A stretch of 64,000 bases of DNA from Eledone cirrhosa (lineage: Eukaryota): NCBI GenBank assembly GCA_964016885.1, contig OZ024758.1, positions 14,632,001 through 14,696,000 of the forward strand, in the 5' to 3' direction. Position 1 is the stretch's first letter. Each line of letters opens with the position of its first letter. Shown piece by piece: positions 39,238 through 52,200 of this stretch. The position numbers and the translations under genes are program-made. The notes below the pieces were generated by a model. The model worked only from the letters and a program-made list of their open reading frames with translations, was not told the origin of the DNA and ran no database searches.

Positions 39238-39974
39238 AAGATGAAAGTTTCCAGGTATTTGAAGGAAAACAACTGAAATCAAATGATGCTAGTCCCCAAG
39301 ATGAGGATTCGTCAGTGACACCTGTTACGGGAATTGTTGAGTCTGTGTCAACTGAGGATGCTGTGCGCAGCAGTCCTGCATCAACAATTTTAAGACCTCG
39401 GTCTGGTAAAGACTACCAACTTGTTGAACGAAAGAAATCCATTGATGGCAGCAGTGCTGATACCAGCAACCCCCAAACACCACAGTCTGTTTCTGCAAGT
39501 CTTGTATTTACATTTGATAATTTACCTCAAGTAGTTTCAAACAATATTAACAATGCCTCTCCTACATCCCAAAATGAAAATCCAGCTTATGTAAATTTAG
39601 GTCGCGACCCAGATACAAATGATCCCATATTTTCTTATGTGAATATCGACATGACACCTCCATGCTCTCCTTTTACCTCTGTAGATCATCCAGAGCCCCT
39701 TTTGAACTATGCTGAGATTGACCTTTCTTCTAATTATACGAACTGTTCGAACCAAATGAAAGCAACAAATCCAAGAGATTCTATCATAGACTATGCTACA
39801 ATTGATATGGTTGCCACTGTAGCAGCTCAAAAGGCAGGGGAAGAACATGCTCAATCACGTGGGGAATGTTTCCAAGCATCTAACCGGAAATATTCTTCAA
39901 CAAATCTCAGTAAAGAGAGTAAATCAATTACAGGACATCTAAAAGAAAAAAAATCTTCCAGTATTTCAGAATGA
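39238..39974 (+). CDS. DOK7: DOK7 orthologue, terminal coding exon
   Basis: tttacag|AA phase 1 (NAGNAG, alternative start 39241), in frame with ORF 39315, ends TGA at 39972-39974; contains YVNL, YVNI, LNYAEIDL, IDYATIDM. Confidence 0.88.
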
Positions 39975-41336
39975 AATACGTTTATTTTTGGGGAGATTTT
40001 TTGGTTGTATAGTTGTACAAAGACGATAATGAAAATGAAAGGAGCCAATCTTCACAAACAATGTTTCTATTGGTATTGATCTGTCCATTGCTGATACTAT
40101 CTACTGGTCACAACTCCTGGTAGAGAGACTCAGGAGTTAAACTCAAGATGTACTGAGCCAGATCTGACACCATAAACCATCCTGTCATGCTCTTAAATAA
40201 TTCCATCATGTGAGGAGTTAACAGAGTTGTTAGGGTGTGTGATTAAATGCTTTGATATTTATTCTGGCTCACTGTATTCTGAGTTCAAATCCTGTCTTTC
40301 ATCCTTTCAAGATCTATAATATATACATATATACATATATATATATATATTGTTATACTTGGGGAGGGTCATATTGTTGTAATAATATTGCCAGAATTAA
40401 TAACAGAACACACTCACACTACAATATATATCATTATCATCATCATCATCATCATCATCACCATTTAACATCCATTTTTCCACGCTACCATGGGTTAGAC
40501 GAGTTGTCCTGTTGTAGGCAATGCTAGGTCAGGTGACCATGTCTTGCTCATACTGAACTGATTTTTGCTTGATTTCTACAGCTGGATGCCCTTCCTAACA
40601 CCAACCTCATTTCCAGTGAGTGCTGGGTGCTTTTTGTTGTAACACCTACATTCAAATCCTGCCAGAAGTTGTGACCATCAGATAGTAACAGCAATGGAAA
40701 GACCAATTGGGACATAGTTTCCTTGTTTTCCAATCTGGCAATCGATTCCTTTATGGAACAAGAAGCTTTCAACTGAAGTTTTCTTTTTCAGTTCTTTTTC
40801 TTTTTTGTTATACATGTGTGTATATATAAATCAGGCTGGATTCAGTTAGAAACTGGTTAGATCATTACTCACCAGAGTACTCGATACTTGCTGTAGTAGA
40901 GTATGGTTATATGAATGAGTCAGGACCCCGACAGCTGAGCTCTTGCCATTTCAACAAGTAATTCCAGACTGGGACTGGAACTAGTTGTTGAAACAGCAAG
41001 AGCTCAGCTGTCAGAACCCCGTTCATACATATATATATATATAATGTAAAATAAAATGAATATTATTATTGAAGGCCAGCAATAGTTTGAGAAATTTGAC
41101 ATTATCTAGGAACATCAATGTCTGAGATGTGTTGTTCATAGGAATGGAATTTTCCAGAACTAAATATAATGTAACACTATGGAATAAAACTGCCATAGTT
41201 GATAGAGAACCACAGGGAAAACTTTGACAAATCTAAGAAGCAGTATGTAATGAAAAAATAATCATATACAGCTTACACCTATGTAGATTTAACTGGCCTC
41301 CTTCGAGGTTGCATCTCATAGGATGTTCCTTGGATG

Positions 41337-41534
41337 TTTTAATGATCGGGTCCCTAGTCCTAAGAAGCCGTATATGCTTTAATGATGGGGTTCCCATTTC
41401 TAAGAAGCTGTTTGTTTTAATGATAGGATCCCCAGTCCTATGATATTGTATATGTTTTCATGGTAGGGTCCCTAATCCTAAGAAGCTGTATATGTTTTAA
41501 TGATGAGTCCCCAGTCCTAAGAAGCTGTATATGT
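41337..41534. repeat. Degenerate ~40-bp tandem repeat, 5 copies
   Basis: ttttaatgatggggtccccagtcctaagaagctgtatatg-like units. Confidence 0.8.
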
Positions 41535-43569
41535 AACTTTTACCAATAATTCAATCAGTAAGGAAAGTACCGACATCAGCTCAATGTGACTGAAATCGTA
41601 ATATTTATCATCAAACATTTTAAGGCTGTTTACCTGCTAAAGCAAGAGTTAGCTTTGCACACTTCATGAGAGGCTTCATACGCATCATGGGTTTTTTTGT
41701 TTTTTTTTGTTTTTAGGCAATATTTTACAACTAAATGCCCATCTTGGTGCCACTTATTTTTCGCCCACTTATTCCTGATGGGTCATGGGGACAGAGTCCT
41801 CAAACACCCCTTCCAGCGGATCCTGTCAGAAGCAACTAACCACATGTCCATAGTTTCGGAGCTGTAATCTCTCAATTCGGAGAAGTAGTGGCTCTACTTG
41901 GAGTGACTCCCTGACCTCTGAGCTACGTATTCTGTCAAGTAACATTACTCCAAAAACCCTTCAGAGGAACCCATTTCCAGCCGCTTATATTCATGATTGT
42001 ATTCTTTCGGTCATTACCTAAGAATCATGACTATAAGGAATGGTTGGCACGAACACCGAATTGAAGATAGCAAGTTTTGCTTTTACACCTACCTTTCTTC
42101 TGATGACCGACCTACAGGATAAAGTGGGAAGCGCTGGCTGCTGATGCAGAGGTCAGACCAAGTATGTGGAGACTGTTCAGCTTGGCAGTTTCTACTTCAG
42201 CTGTTAAAGGCTAAAGTGGTGTCAGGTGGTAGAAGGATCCCCCGGTTCAATCAGGAGGTTAAAAACACCATCTGAGCAAAGAAGGAGGCTTACAAAGCTT
42301 GACTTGAAAATAAGTCTTCCTTCTTGCACTCGTGGTACAAGTCAAGCATGAAAAGTTGCAGCAGAGACAGTAAAGGTGTCCAACGTTAAAACATGGGAGG
42401 ACTTTGGGGTTAAGCTGGAATCCAACTTCAGATCAACAAATAAAGTATTCTGGTAGACCATCCATGTTCCTGGGGCCAACCCTATAAATAAACGAAAAGT
42501 GCAATATTATTTCAGCATGTATCTGGCTTAGTGGATCATTATTACCTTTAACTTAAAATTAAAGGTTCCTAGTTCAAATCCAGTCTAGGAATTGGGAATA
42601 TGTACTCATCTAGGGTATATATGATGTTGAAAGCTGCAAATTGGCAATCGTTAGAATATCAGATAGAATGCTTTGCAGTATTTGTTCTGGCTCTCTGAAT
42701 TCAAATTCTGCTCAGGTTTAACTTTGCCTTTCATCCATTCAGGGTCAATAAATAAACAAGTTTGCCAGTGTAGTATTGAAGTTGATTCTTCCTGGAGTTC
42801 TCTGAAGTTTAGAGCTGAAGTGGGATGGGCTCTGTCATGTTTAGATGCCCCTACGACTCCATTTATGGATGGATGGATGGAAATATGATATACACTGCTG
42901 ATCGGAGATCAAGCCACACAAACTATAATGTAGATTATGTAAATATACAGGCTAAACATGGTTTTAATGGTCTGGAAAACTAATTGTATTAATCATGTAG
43001 GAAATTTGTTCATCTATTGTTCTAAACCTAAATTATTTTCTGTTTATTATAAATCCAGGTAAATCCAACTGACAGTCCAACACTACTGCCATAAATATCC
43101 AAACCTTGGTTATCATTCTTGTAAATCTCTGATTATTTCTTTTATTTAAATGTTTGTCAAATATTCTTTGATATGCCAAGCTATTTTTTTAAATACCTAC
43201 TCTGTACCAATCCAGATTTTACCCTATTTTTTACTCAGAGGGTGTAGAGCATCTTCTATTAGCTCATCATGTTTTATAAAGGTAAAAATTAACATGGCTG
43301 GTTTAGTATTTAGTAAAAAGAAAGAAAAAAATTAACAGACTTGTGTCCTGTCACTACAGGAGCTTCATTTTAAATGAAATGATCTCTAAAGCTATCGCAT
43401 TGTAATATGGTGAGCTTCATTTTAAATGAAATGATCTCTAAAGCTATTGTATTGTAATATGAGGAAATTAGACAAAATGGTGGTTGACTGCAATGTAGGA
43501 AGTTTTTGAGGCTGTTAACATAATACCACTTTCATAGATTCACTTATATTCATCTTTGATGGTCTATAC

Positions 43570-43844
43570 CAGGGGGCTGAAAACCTTTTTAGACCATCCC
43601 CTCCCCCCAAAATCAAGGAATCCTTGACACTTCATCAAACACAGGCATGTATAAAAATAATAAATGACTAACTCAGTAAATAAACAATAAAGACTAATTA
43701 TATATAAATCAAAAACCTGTACAAACAACTTGTATTTTATTGTATTATTTTATGTATTTGCATTTCTTATACAAATGTCAGATTTTGGCCTGAAAGTTTA
43801 TTGAACACTTTGAGGAGTCCCATCAACCATTTTGGGACTCCCTG
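43570..43844. mobile_element. Degraded hAT-like MITE
   Basis: cagggggctgaaaacctttt ... tttgggactccctg termini; no clear TSD. Confidence 0.45.
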
Positions 43845-46012
43845 GTGAATACTATTAGAAAAATCAGTTATATTTTGAAATTTTTCAAAAATCTTAATCC
43901 ATTCTTATAAAATCAATCGTTTATGTGCCTGGTACATTTATTTTTAAACTATTGGCACAAGAAGTTAAGCTTTGAAATGTTTAATCATGTCAAAAGGTTT
44001 CCTTCAGTCATGGTTGACTACGAGTTGCATCCATGATGATTTTTTTTTTTTTTTTTAACCCATTAGCATTTACATTACTCTATATTTACTATTATATTTT
44101 CGCAGTTAAAGGCTTTATCTCACATAATATTGAATCTACGAGATTTTGATATTATTCATTTTGAGAACAATACCTTAACATCAGTATCAGTGGCCAGTTA
44201 CGGCCGGTTTGAACAGAAAGAGATGAGAGAATTATGACCGGTTTAAATGCGAAAGGGTTAAAGATATCATTTAGGATCAATGCTACTTATGGCTGAAAAG
44301 ACCAATAATGCTACAAGAGTGACAATCTTTGTTGCAGTGTTTTGCTGTACTGTCTAGTCATGTAATACTGGAAAATATTTACCTTTTTTCCCCAATTCTT
44401 TTAACCCTTTAGTATTTACATTACTCTATATTTACTATTATATTTTCATGGTAAAGGCTTTATCTTACATAATTATCTCACATAATATTGAATCTATGAG
44501 AGTTTGATATTATTTATTTTGAAAACAATACCTTAACATCAGTATGGGTAGGTGGCCAGAATTCTGGTGGGATACAGTCGGTTTAAATGCTAAAGGGTTA
44601 AATATTTGTTGGCATTGGTGAATAGAAAGAAATAATTTTAAAGCTGGGGAAAATTATGACATAAGCATTTTACTCTATATTTACTATTGTATTTTCATGG
44701 TAAATTATCATGTAATTATCTCACATAATAGCGAATCTATGAGATTTTAATATTTATTTTGAGAACAATACCTTAACATCAGTATGAGCGGCTGATTACA
44801 GCTAGTTTGAACAAAAAGAGGTGAAAGAATTCTGGCTGGATACAGCCAGTTTAAATGCTAAAGGGTTAAACTACTGCCAAAACACATCAAACTAAAATTT
44901 ATCTCTGTGTTTTTAAAACAACCAAATATATTTTTTATGGTAATGTATTAGAAATCCTCAGAAGCTTAACATTTGAGGTAAAGCTCATACTTTAAATATT
45001 TTTGTGCATAAGCTCTGTCATACATATGTAGTCTGTTGACCCTTCACGCTATATAAATGGGGTTGGACCTTTTTTTTTATCGCAAAGAAAAAGAAAATTT
45101 GAATATCTATAATTTATTTTGTTAGCTTTAATAGGGATCATTTTTCCACTAATATCATCTCTTCACAGAATAATAACTAAAATTTATTAATTAATGTGAC
45201 ATTTTTAGATATACAGGGAGATGAATATTCTTGTAAATATTCTTAACCTTTTAGCATTTACATTACTATTATATTTTTATGGTAAAGGCTTTATCTCACA
45301 TAATATCAAATCTATGAGATTTTGATGTTATTTTGAGAACAATATCTTAACGTCAGTATGAGTGACCAGTCATGGCCGGTTTGAAAAGAAAGTGGTGAGA
45401 GAATTCTGGCCGGATATGGCCAGTTTAAATGCTAATGGGTTAATATAGATTTAATGTCATTGAAATATGATAATATTGCTATAAACACTTTATCTCACAT
45501 AATATCAAATCTACGAGATTTTGATATCATTTATTTTGAGAATAATACCTTAACATCAGTATGAGCAGTCGGTTTGAACAGAAAGAGGTGAGAAAATTCT
45601 GATCAAATATAGCCGGTTTAAATGCTAAAGGGTTAAAGCTATTATCATGTCACAGCAACCTCAGAGGAAGAACAATGAATGAATGTATTTCACTGTAGTT
45701 TGTCAGGACTTGTTAAGGCATAAATGACTATTCCCAGCCAGACTAAATATATATTCATTATACATATTATATATGGTTTTTATATAGTTTCTTTATTTTG
45801 AATGATGCTGTGTTAGGGCTACATATATATTTGATCTAGCTGTAATCATGTCACAGACCCCTCAACATCAAGGTTAAGAGCAGTGGATGAATGCATTTCA
45901 GTATCAGTACATCTCATCAACATACGCTTACTTATACCCACATGTTGAGGTATTAAAAAGACATGACTCACAACGTGACTAAATATATGCTTATTATACA
46001 TAAACATATATA

Positions 46013-46187
46013 CAGACCTGTCAACTCTCCCCGGCCGACGGAGGAGATCTACCAACTTTGGGGTGGGTGAGAGATGTCTTCTCTTGTGAAAATGGGTATA
46101 GCTTTCATTATGTAAAATCTCCCCATTTTGGGGCATTTTTTTTTTTGTGGTACTCCCCATTTGGGTTTTTAGAGGTTGGCAGGTCTG
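46013..46187. mobile_element. TIR MITE family C; second copy at 46445-46640
   Basis: cagacctgtcaac ... gttggcaggtctg TIRs; the two copies are clearly homologous internally. No clean TSD. Confidence 0.8.
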
Positions 46188-46655
46188 ATATATATGGGTT
46201 CTTATACATCTTTATTATAAACTACACTGTGTTAGTGCTATCACTAATGATATATATATTATCTAACAGCTTCATGAAAATATTTTGATACACATCTTCC
46301 AACACCATTTTTAATAATCATTAATGTTATCTTAATTTATTGCTATTTTCTCTATTTCATTATTTATATTTAAAAAAAAAATACTTTGCCTCTGCTTCGA
46401 GTTTGAAGTGCCATTGTAAACACCAAATTGCAATGATACTATATTAGACCTGTCAACTCTCCCCATCCGACAGGGAAGATCTCCCACCCACTCTGGGGTG
46501 GGTGAGAGATGTCTTCTCTTGTGAACATAGGTACAGCTTTCATTATGTAAAATCTCCCCATTTTGCTTCATTTCTCCCCGTTTTGGGGCACTTTTTGTCA
46601 TGGTACTCCCAGTTTGGGTTTTTAGAGTTTGGCAGGTCTGCTATTTTACAAAATA

Positions 46656-47056
46656 CAGGTTGAAGCTTTTATCTGAAAACTTCCTAAATTTGAAAGTTTT
46701 TTTCTAGTGCTGACGTGACTCACCACAAACAGTAATTATGTTTGTGTCCATTTGTTATAAGTACAGTAAATATAAAACATTATTTTAATGTGAAATCTGA
46801 ATTTCAACACAGAAAAATCCCTGAGTGTAAACTAGCATGAATATCTGTATGTGTTTTAAATTAATATAAATTTATATAAAACATATCTTTAGAGGACAGT
46901 GTCGAGAATCACTGCTTTAAGGTCTGTGTACAAGCTGTAAATGGATCTCGTGTTGAGGCTTGGGTTCCACTCCCAAGCTGTCCCATTGTATACAATTATT
47001 CCTAAATCTGAAACACTTCCAGTCCCAAATATTTCAGATAAAGGATTCTCAACCTG
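46656..47056. mobile_element. Tigger/pogo-like MITE
   Basis: TA|caggttga...ttatctgaaa ... tttcagataa...tcaacctg|TA; TA duplication and imperfect ~25-bp TIR. Confidence 0.75.
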
Positions 47057-47769
47057 TACCAATTATTAAACTCCCCGTTTGATTAACTTCAACTCTGTAA
47101 CATTTCACATCAAAGCCTGGCTTTATCTTCATTAACCTGATTTTGGTCACGATAATAACTCCCGCATACACACACACACACACACACACGTTTTTGTCAA
47201 CGAAAAACAAAAATACGTGCAATGTATTTTTAACTCTTAAAGTGCTTTTCTTCCCTTCGACTGGCAAAGAGAGCTAATTCATTCAAGGGAGGTAACTTTT
47301 GCTTTCTCCGTGTAACTTGTCTGTCTATTGTAAATACGTATCTAAACAAACTTCTCCGTCCAGTTTTGCTGCGGGTGTCAATAAAGATGGGCCTGCTATC
47401 ATACTTCAAAACACTTTACTGTCATCAAACTTTCGCCTTTGGTGCTTCACTCGTATGGATTCCATTTTAAAAAACAAAAATCTATTGTTGCTATATTAAT
47501 TCTATTCCTTTTTTCATATTTGCCCTTTACTTAAAATTGTTATTTGCTCATGACTCCATTTGTTATGCTTGCATTTGTTTCATGAATGTCAACAAAAGAA
47601 GGGCGGCTTTCTGTATGAAATCTCAATAATCACAGTTGTTTTGGGGTTTTTTTCTTATTATTTGAATATTCAATCTAACAGGTAGGGAGAAATATGTATG
47701 CAGTAGATGTACAGGGAAATTAAACAGTAGAAGTCGCATTGATAGACACATTTTTCAAATGCAGGAAGG

Positions 47770-48362
47770 CGCTATAGAAGTGGTGGATAGATTAGCATGG
47801 GAGGAGGGTGTTCCGAGGCCATAGTATCTAGAATAAGGACGGGTTGGAAGAAGTTTAGGGAGCTGCTTCCTCTGTTGACGAAGAAGGGTTTCTCCTTGCG
47901 TACGAAAGGCCGGTTGTATGATGCCTGTGTGAGGAGCATGATGCTGCATGGTAGTGAGACATGGGCAACAACTGCAGAGGATATGCAACGGCTGGAGAGA
48001 AATGAGGCAAACATGCTCCATTGGATGTGAGTGAACGACCCAGCATAAATGTGTTGAGAGAGAAACTGTGTCTGAGAGGGATAGAATGTAGGAAGAGGAG
48101 ACTGAGGTGGTATGGACATGTGATGCGCATGGAGGATGACCGATGGGTGAAGAAGTGCCAGGAAATGCCAGTTGAAGGAAGACGTAGAGGTAGACCACGA
48201 AAAACATGGGCGGAGGTGGTGAGAACAGACCTCAGATCATTGAAGCTCACGGTGGAGATGACGAAGGACCGTGACGAGTGGAGAGATGCTGTGCTGAATA
48301 AGACCCGTCCCACCCTTGCAAGCAGGGAAAAGCGGACGTAAAATGATGATGATGATGATGAA
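47770..48362 (+). mobile_element. 5'-truncated RTE-clade LINE (ORF C-terminus plus (GAT)n tail), frameshifted near 48025
   Basis: GGGCSEAIVSRIRTGWKKFRELLPLL...KGRLYDACVRSMMLHGSETW...RRLRWYGHVMRM...GRRRGRPRKTW...DRDEWR: typical RTE post-RT motifs. Confidence 0.93.
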
Positions 48363-49044
48363 TGCAGTGAATTAGCAGAGTATTTGAAATTAGAGATTAA
48401 ATGCCTTAGTATATGTCCTGACTCTGAGTTCAAATCCTGCTGGAGTCAACTCTACATTTGACTCTTTCTGAGGAAAGTGGCAGAGTTGGCAGATTTAGTG
48501 ATAAATGCCTCAGTGTTTGTTCTGGCTCTTTGCACACTGAGTTCAAATCCCGCCAGAGTCAAGTTCACATTTCACCCTTTCAGAGGCAGTGGATTGACAT
48601 AATTGTTAAAGAGTTAGACGAGATGCTTTGCACTATCTGATCCAGTTGTGTGTGTTCTGAGTTGAAATCCCACCTTCTTCTGTCAGGAGTTACAATTGAC
48701 AGATAGTATTATTAGTGGATTGAGTTCAAATCCCGCCGAGGTTAACTTTGCCTTTCATCCTTACGGGGGTTGATAAAATAAAGTACCAGTAATACACTAG
48801 GATAATTGCTGGCCTTGTGCCAAAAGTAGAAACAAGTATTATTAGTGGAAACACTGTTCCTTTCATTCAGTTTAAGTATCAGTCTCTTTTACTCTTTTAA
48901 ATATTCCAATCTTCTAGCAGCCTTCCTCCTTCACCTAAAGAAAATATGTTTTATGGCAAATGGTATATTACTATAACAATAACTATCATATTTCTTTCTA
49001 CATCACAGTTTCACTTCATCAATATTATTATTATTATTATTAAT

Positions 49045-49260
49045 GGGCGGTGGATTGGCAGTATCGGTAGAGAGTCGGACGCCATGCTTTGAAGCATAGA
49101 GTTACGTCCCTTTACGATCTGAGTTCAAATCCCGCCGAGGTTGACTTTGCCTTTCATCCTTACAGGGGTCGATAAAATAAAGTACCAGTAATGTACTGGG
49201 TAATTGCTGGCCTTGTGCCTAAAGTAGAAACAATTATTATTATTATTATTATTATTATTG
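49045..49260 (+). mobile_element. tRNA-derived SINE family 1 (~190-240 bp, (ATT)n tail); representative copy
   Basis: Head ggcggtggattggcagtatcggtagag, B-box-like gagttcaaatccc, core gcctttcatccttacggggtcgataaaataaagtaccag, end ggccttgtgcctaaagtagaaacaattatt. More than 25 full or partial copies on both strands; clusters at 2370-2730, 17545-18470, 25475-26190, 31320-31710, 32428-32990, 48720-50090. Confidence 0.88.
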
Positions 49261-52200
49261 TGGGTGGTATCGGTAGAGCGTCAGACACTATGCTTTGTGG
49301 CATAAGGTTACAACTGAATCCTTTTATGTTCTGAGTTCAGATACTGCCGAGGTTGGCTTTACTTTTCATTCTTATGGGGTCGATAAAATAAAGTACCAGT
49401 GATTACTGGGGTCATTTAACCAACTTTCTCTCCCCCAATATTGCTGGCCTTGTGCCTAAATCAGAAGCCATTATTATTATTATTATTATTATTATGAGGG
49501 CAAATCCTGCCGAGGTTAACTTTGCCTTTCATCCTTACGGGGGTCGATAAAATAAAGTACCAGTAATACACTGGGGTAATTGCTGGCCTTGTGCCAAAAG
49601 TAGAAACAATTATTATGAGGGTGGTAGGTTGGTATTGGCAGTATCAGTAGAGTGTCAGACATTGTGCTGTGTGGCATAAGGTTACATCCCTTTACGTTCT
49701 GAGTTGAAATACCGCCATGGTTAGTTAGCTTTGCCTTTCATCTTTGCGAGGCCGATAAAATAAGGTACCAGTAATACACTGAGGTCGATTTAATTGACTT
49801 TCCCCCTGCCCTAAAATTGCTGGCCTTGTGCCTAAAGTAGAAACCATTATCATTATTATCATGGTGGTAAATTGGCAGAATTGTTAAGAGTTTCACACAG
49901 AATACCTTGTGGTGTTTAATTATGACTTTTTACATTTTGTGTTCTCATCCCGCCAAGGTCAACTTTATCTTTCATCATTTCAAGATCTAAAAAATAAAAT
50001 ACCAGTCAAATGCTGGAGTTGGTTTAATCGATTTTCCCCTCTCCCTCACAAAATTGCTGGTCTTGTGCCTAAATTAAAGACCATTATTATTATCACACCA
50101 CCACCCCACCCCATACACCTCAATCAACTGAATCTGACAAAATCATTCTTGGAAAAAGAACAAAAAAAAGAAATCTTTGCTTAACAATATCTATAATAAC
50201 TTGACATATACAGATGTAAGAAAAGTTGTATTTTCTAAGTATTTGCTTCATGTTAACAATTCTTTTCCTCTTTTAATGTTTTACTGTTTAACCCTTTAGC
50301 ATTTACATTACTCTATATTTACTATTATATTTTCACAGTAAAGGCTTTACCTCACATAATAGCGAATCTACGAGATTTCGATATTATTTTGAGAACAATA
50401 CCTTAACATAAGTATAAGCAGCTGATTATGGCTGGTTTGAACAGAAAGCGGTGAGAGAATTCTGGCCAGATACGACCAGTTTAAATGCTAAAGGGTTAAA
50501 AAAACTTCATCTACATCTAACAGCCATCAGCTTTTTTTATATTTAAAAAAAAAAAATTTAATTAGCTGAAATTTATTTTTGCTTATCTGAAATTTCTATC
50601 AATATCTGGTGCTATTCTCTGACAATAATCAATATGTCTATCATGTTCAAATTCAATTTCATTCAAAATAAAATCTAAAATATAATCTCTCTTCATGAAG
50701 TTACAGATCTTTTTATCCAGGTATAATTAGACACAGACATTTTAATTCCCAGTAACTCACCAGACTAGTTTATTCACATTAGGTTACAGTGTGGCATAAG
50801 ATATAATTTGAAACATTTACACCTTCATATTATTGTAGTTGCTTGTAGAAAGCTTACCAAATAAAGGGTTGGGAGGACCTTTCAGTTGTGTCAAAGACAT
50901 GACAACCTCTCCTGTGCATTTGATAGAACATGAGACCGTACATAAGCGAGACAATACATCCCTGCCCTGTCTGGGAGATCAGTAGCTCCACTTCAGTACT
51001 GACTTCGTCTATCTAGACCTGTCCAACCCTTGCTAGCAGGGAAAGTAGACATTAAAACAACGATGAGGGATTATAGCTTATTAATGAGACAACACATAAC
51101 CTGCCCTGTCTGGGAGATCAGTAGCTCCACTTCAGTACTGACTTGGTCTATCTAGACCTGTCCAACCCTTGTTAGCAGGGAAAGCAGACATTAAAACAAC
51201 GATAATGATGATGAGGTGGAAGAGGGGTATGGAGAATACTTCCAACTGTGTAATATGTTTCTATTGGATTATTATATAGTCCTAAAAAATAGATAGTCTG
51301 GCACAAGGCTAGAACAAAAGGTGCTGCAAACTTGGTGTTGTACCTATTTATAACTATAATTTACCAAAGTCATTCTTCACAGATTTGTTTTTCTCTTCAT
51401 ATCAAAAGTTCATGTCCCTTTTTCATCTTAATATGGAGTTATTTTAAAAACTTGATAGCATTTATATTACTCTATATATACTATTGTATTTTCACAGTAA
51501 ACACTTTATCTCACATAATATCAAATTTATGAGATTTTGATATTATTTATTTTGAGAACAATACCATGACAGAAGTATGAGCAGCTGGTTATGGCTGGTT
51601 TGAACAGAAAGAGGTGAGAGAATTCTGGCCGGATTTGGCTGGTTTAAATACTAAAGGGTTAAAGGAGCACATTATTTTCTGTTTATGTCTCAAATATAGA
51701 ATGTAGAATAGCAACTGTGTGATCAAGATGCTAGTTATTGTGTCTTATTAGCAATACATATAACTACTGCCAAATATGTGTTGTTTCAAATAAAATAACA
51801 AAAGACTCCTAATATAAGTTCTACATTGGTTTTTTACTGATTAACCCTTTCGCTAATTGAACTAATTGATCACAAAATAATACATTCTGTGGCCAGTTTA
51901 ATATTTTCTGGATTTAAAATATATATATATATAAACACCCTTGCTAGCAGGGAAAGAGGACATTAAAATGACAACGATGATGATATCAATTTAATAAACT
52001 AGTGTAAGAGATATTTTACACTAGTTTTATTAGTATTAAAATTTATTTAGAAGTAATGTTTTACAGTCCTTCCTGGCACCAACTGTTTCAGTCGCTTCTT
52101 ATGTCACTTCAAAAAGGACCCTATGACGAGCATGAAGCCTTTTATAGGACCCCCTGTGGAAAAACTGCCTTAAAATGATTGCTGCTGCATTTATGATATA

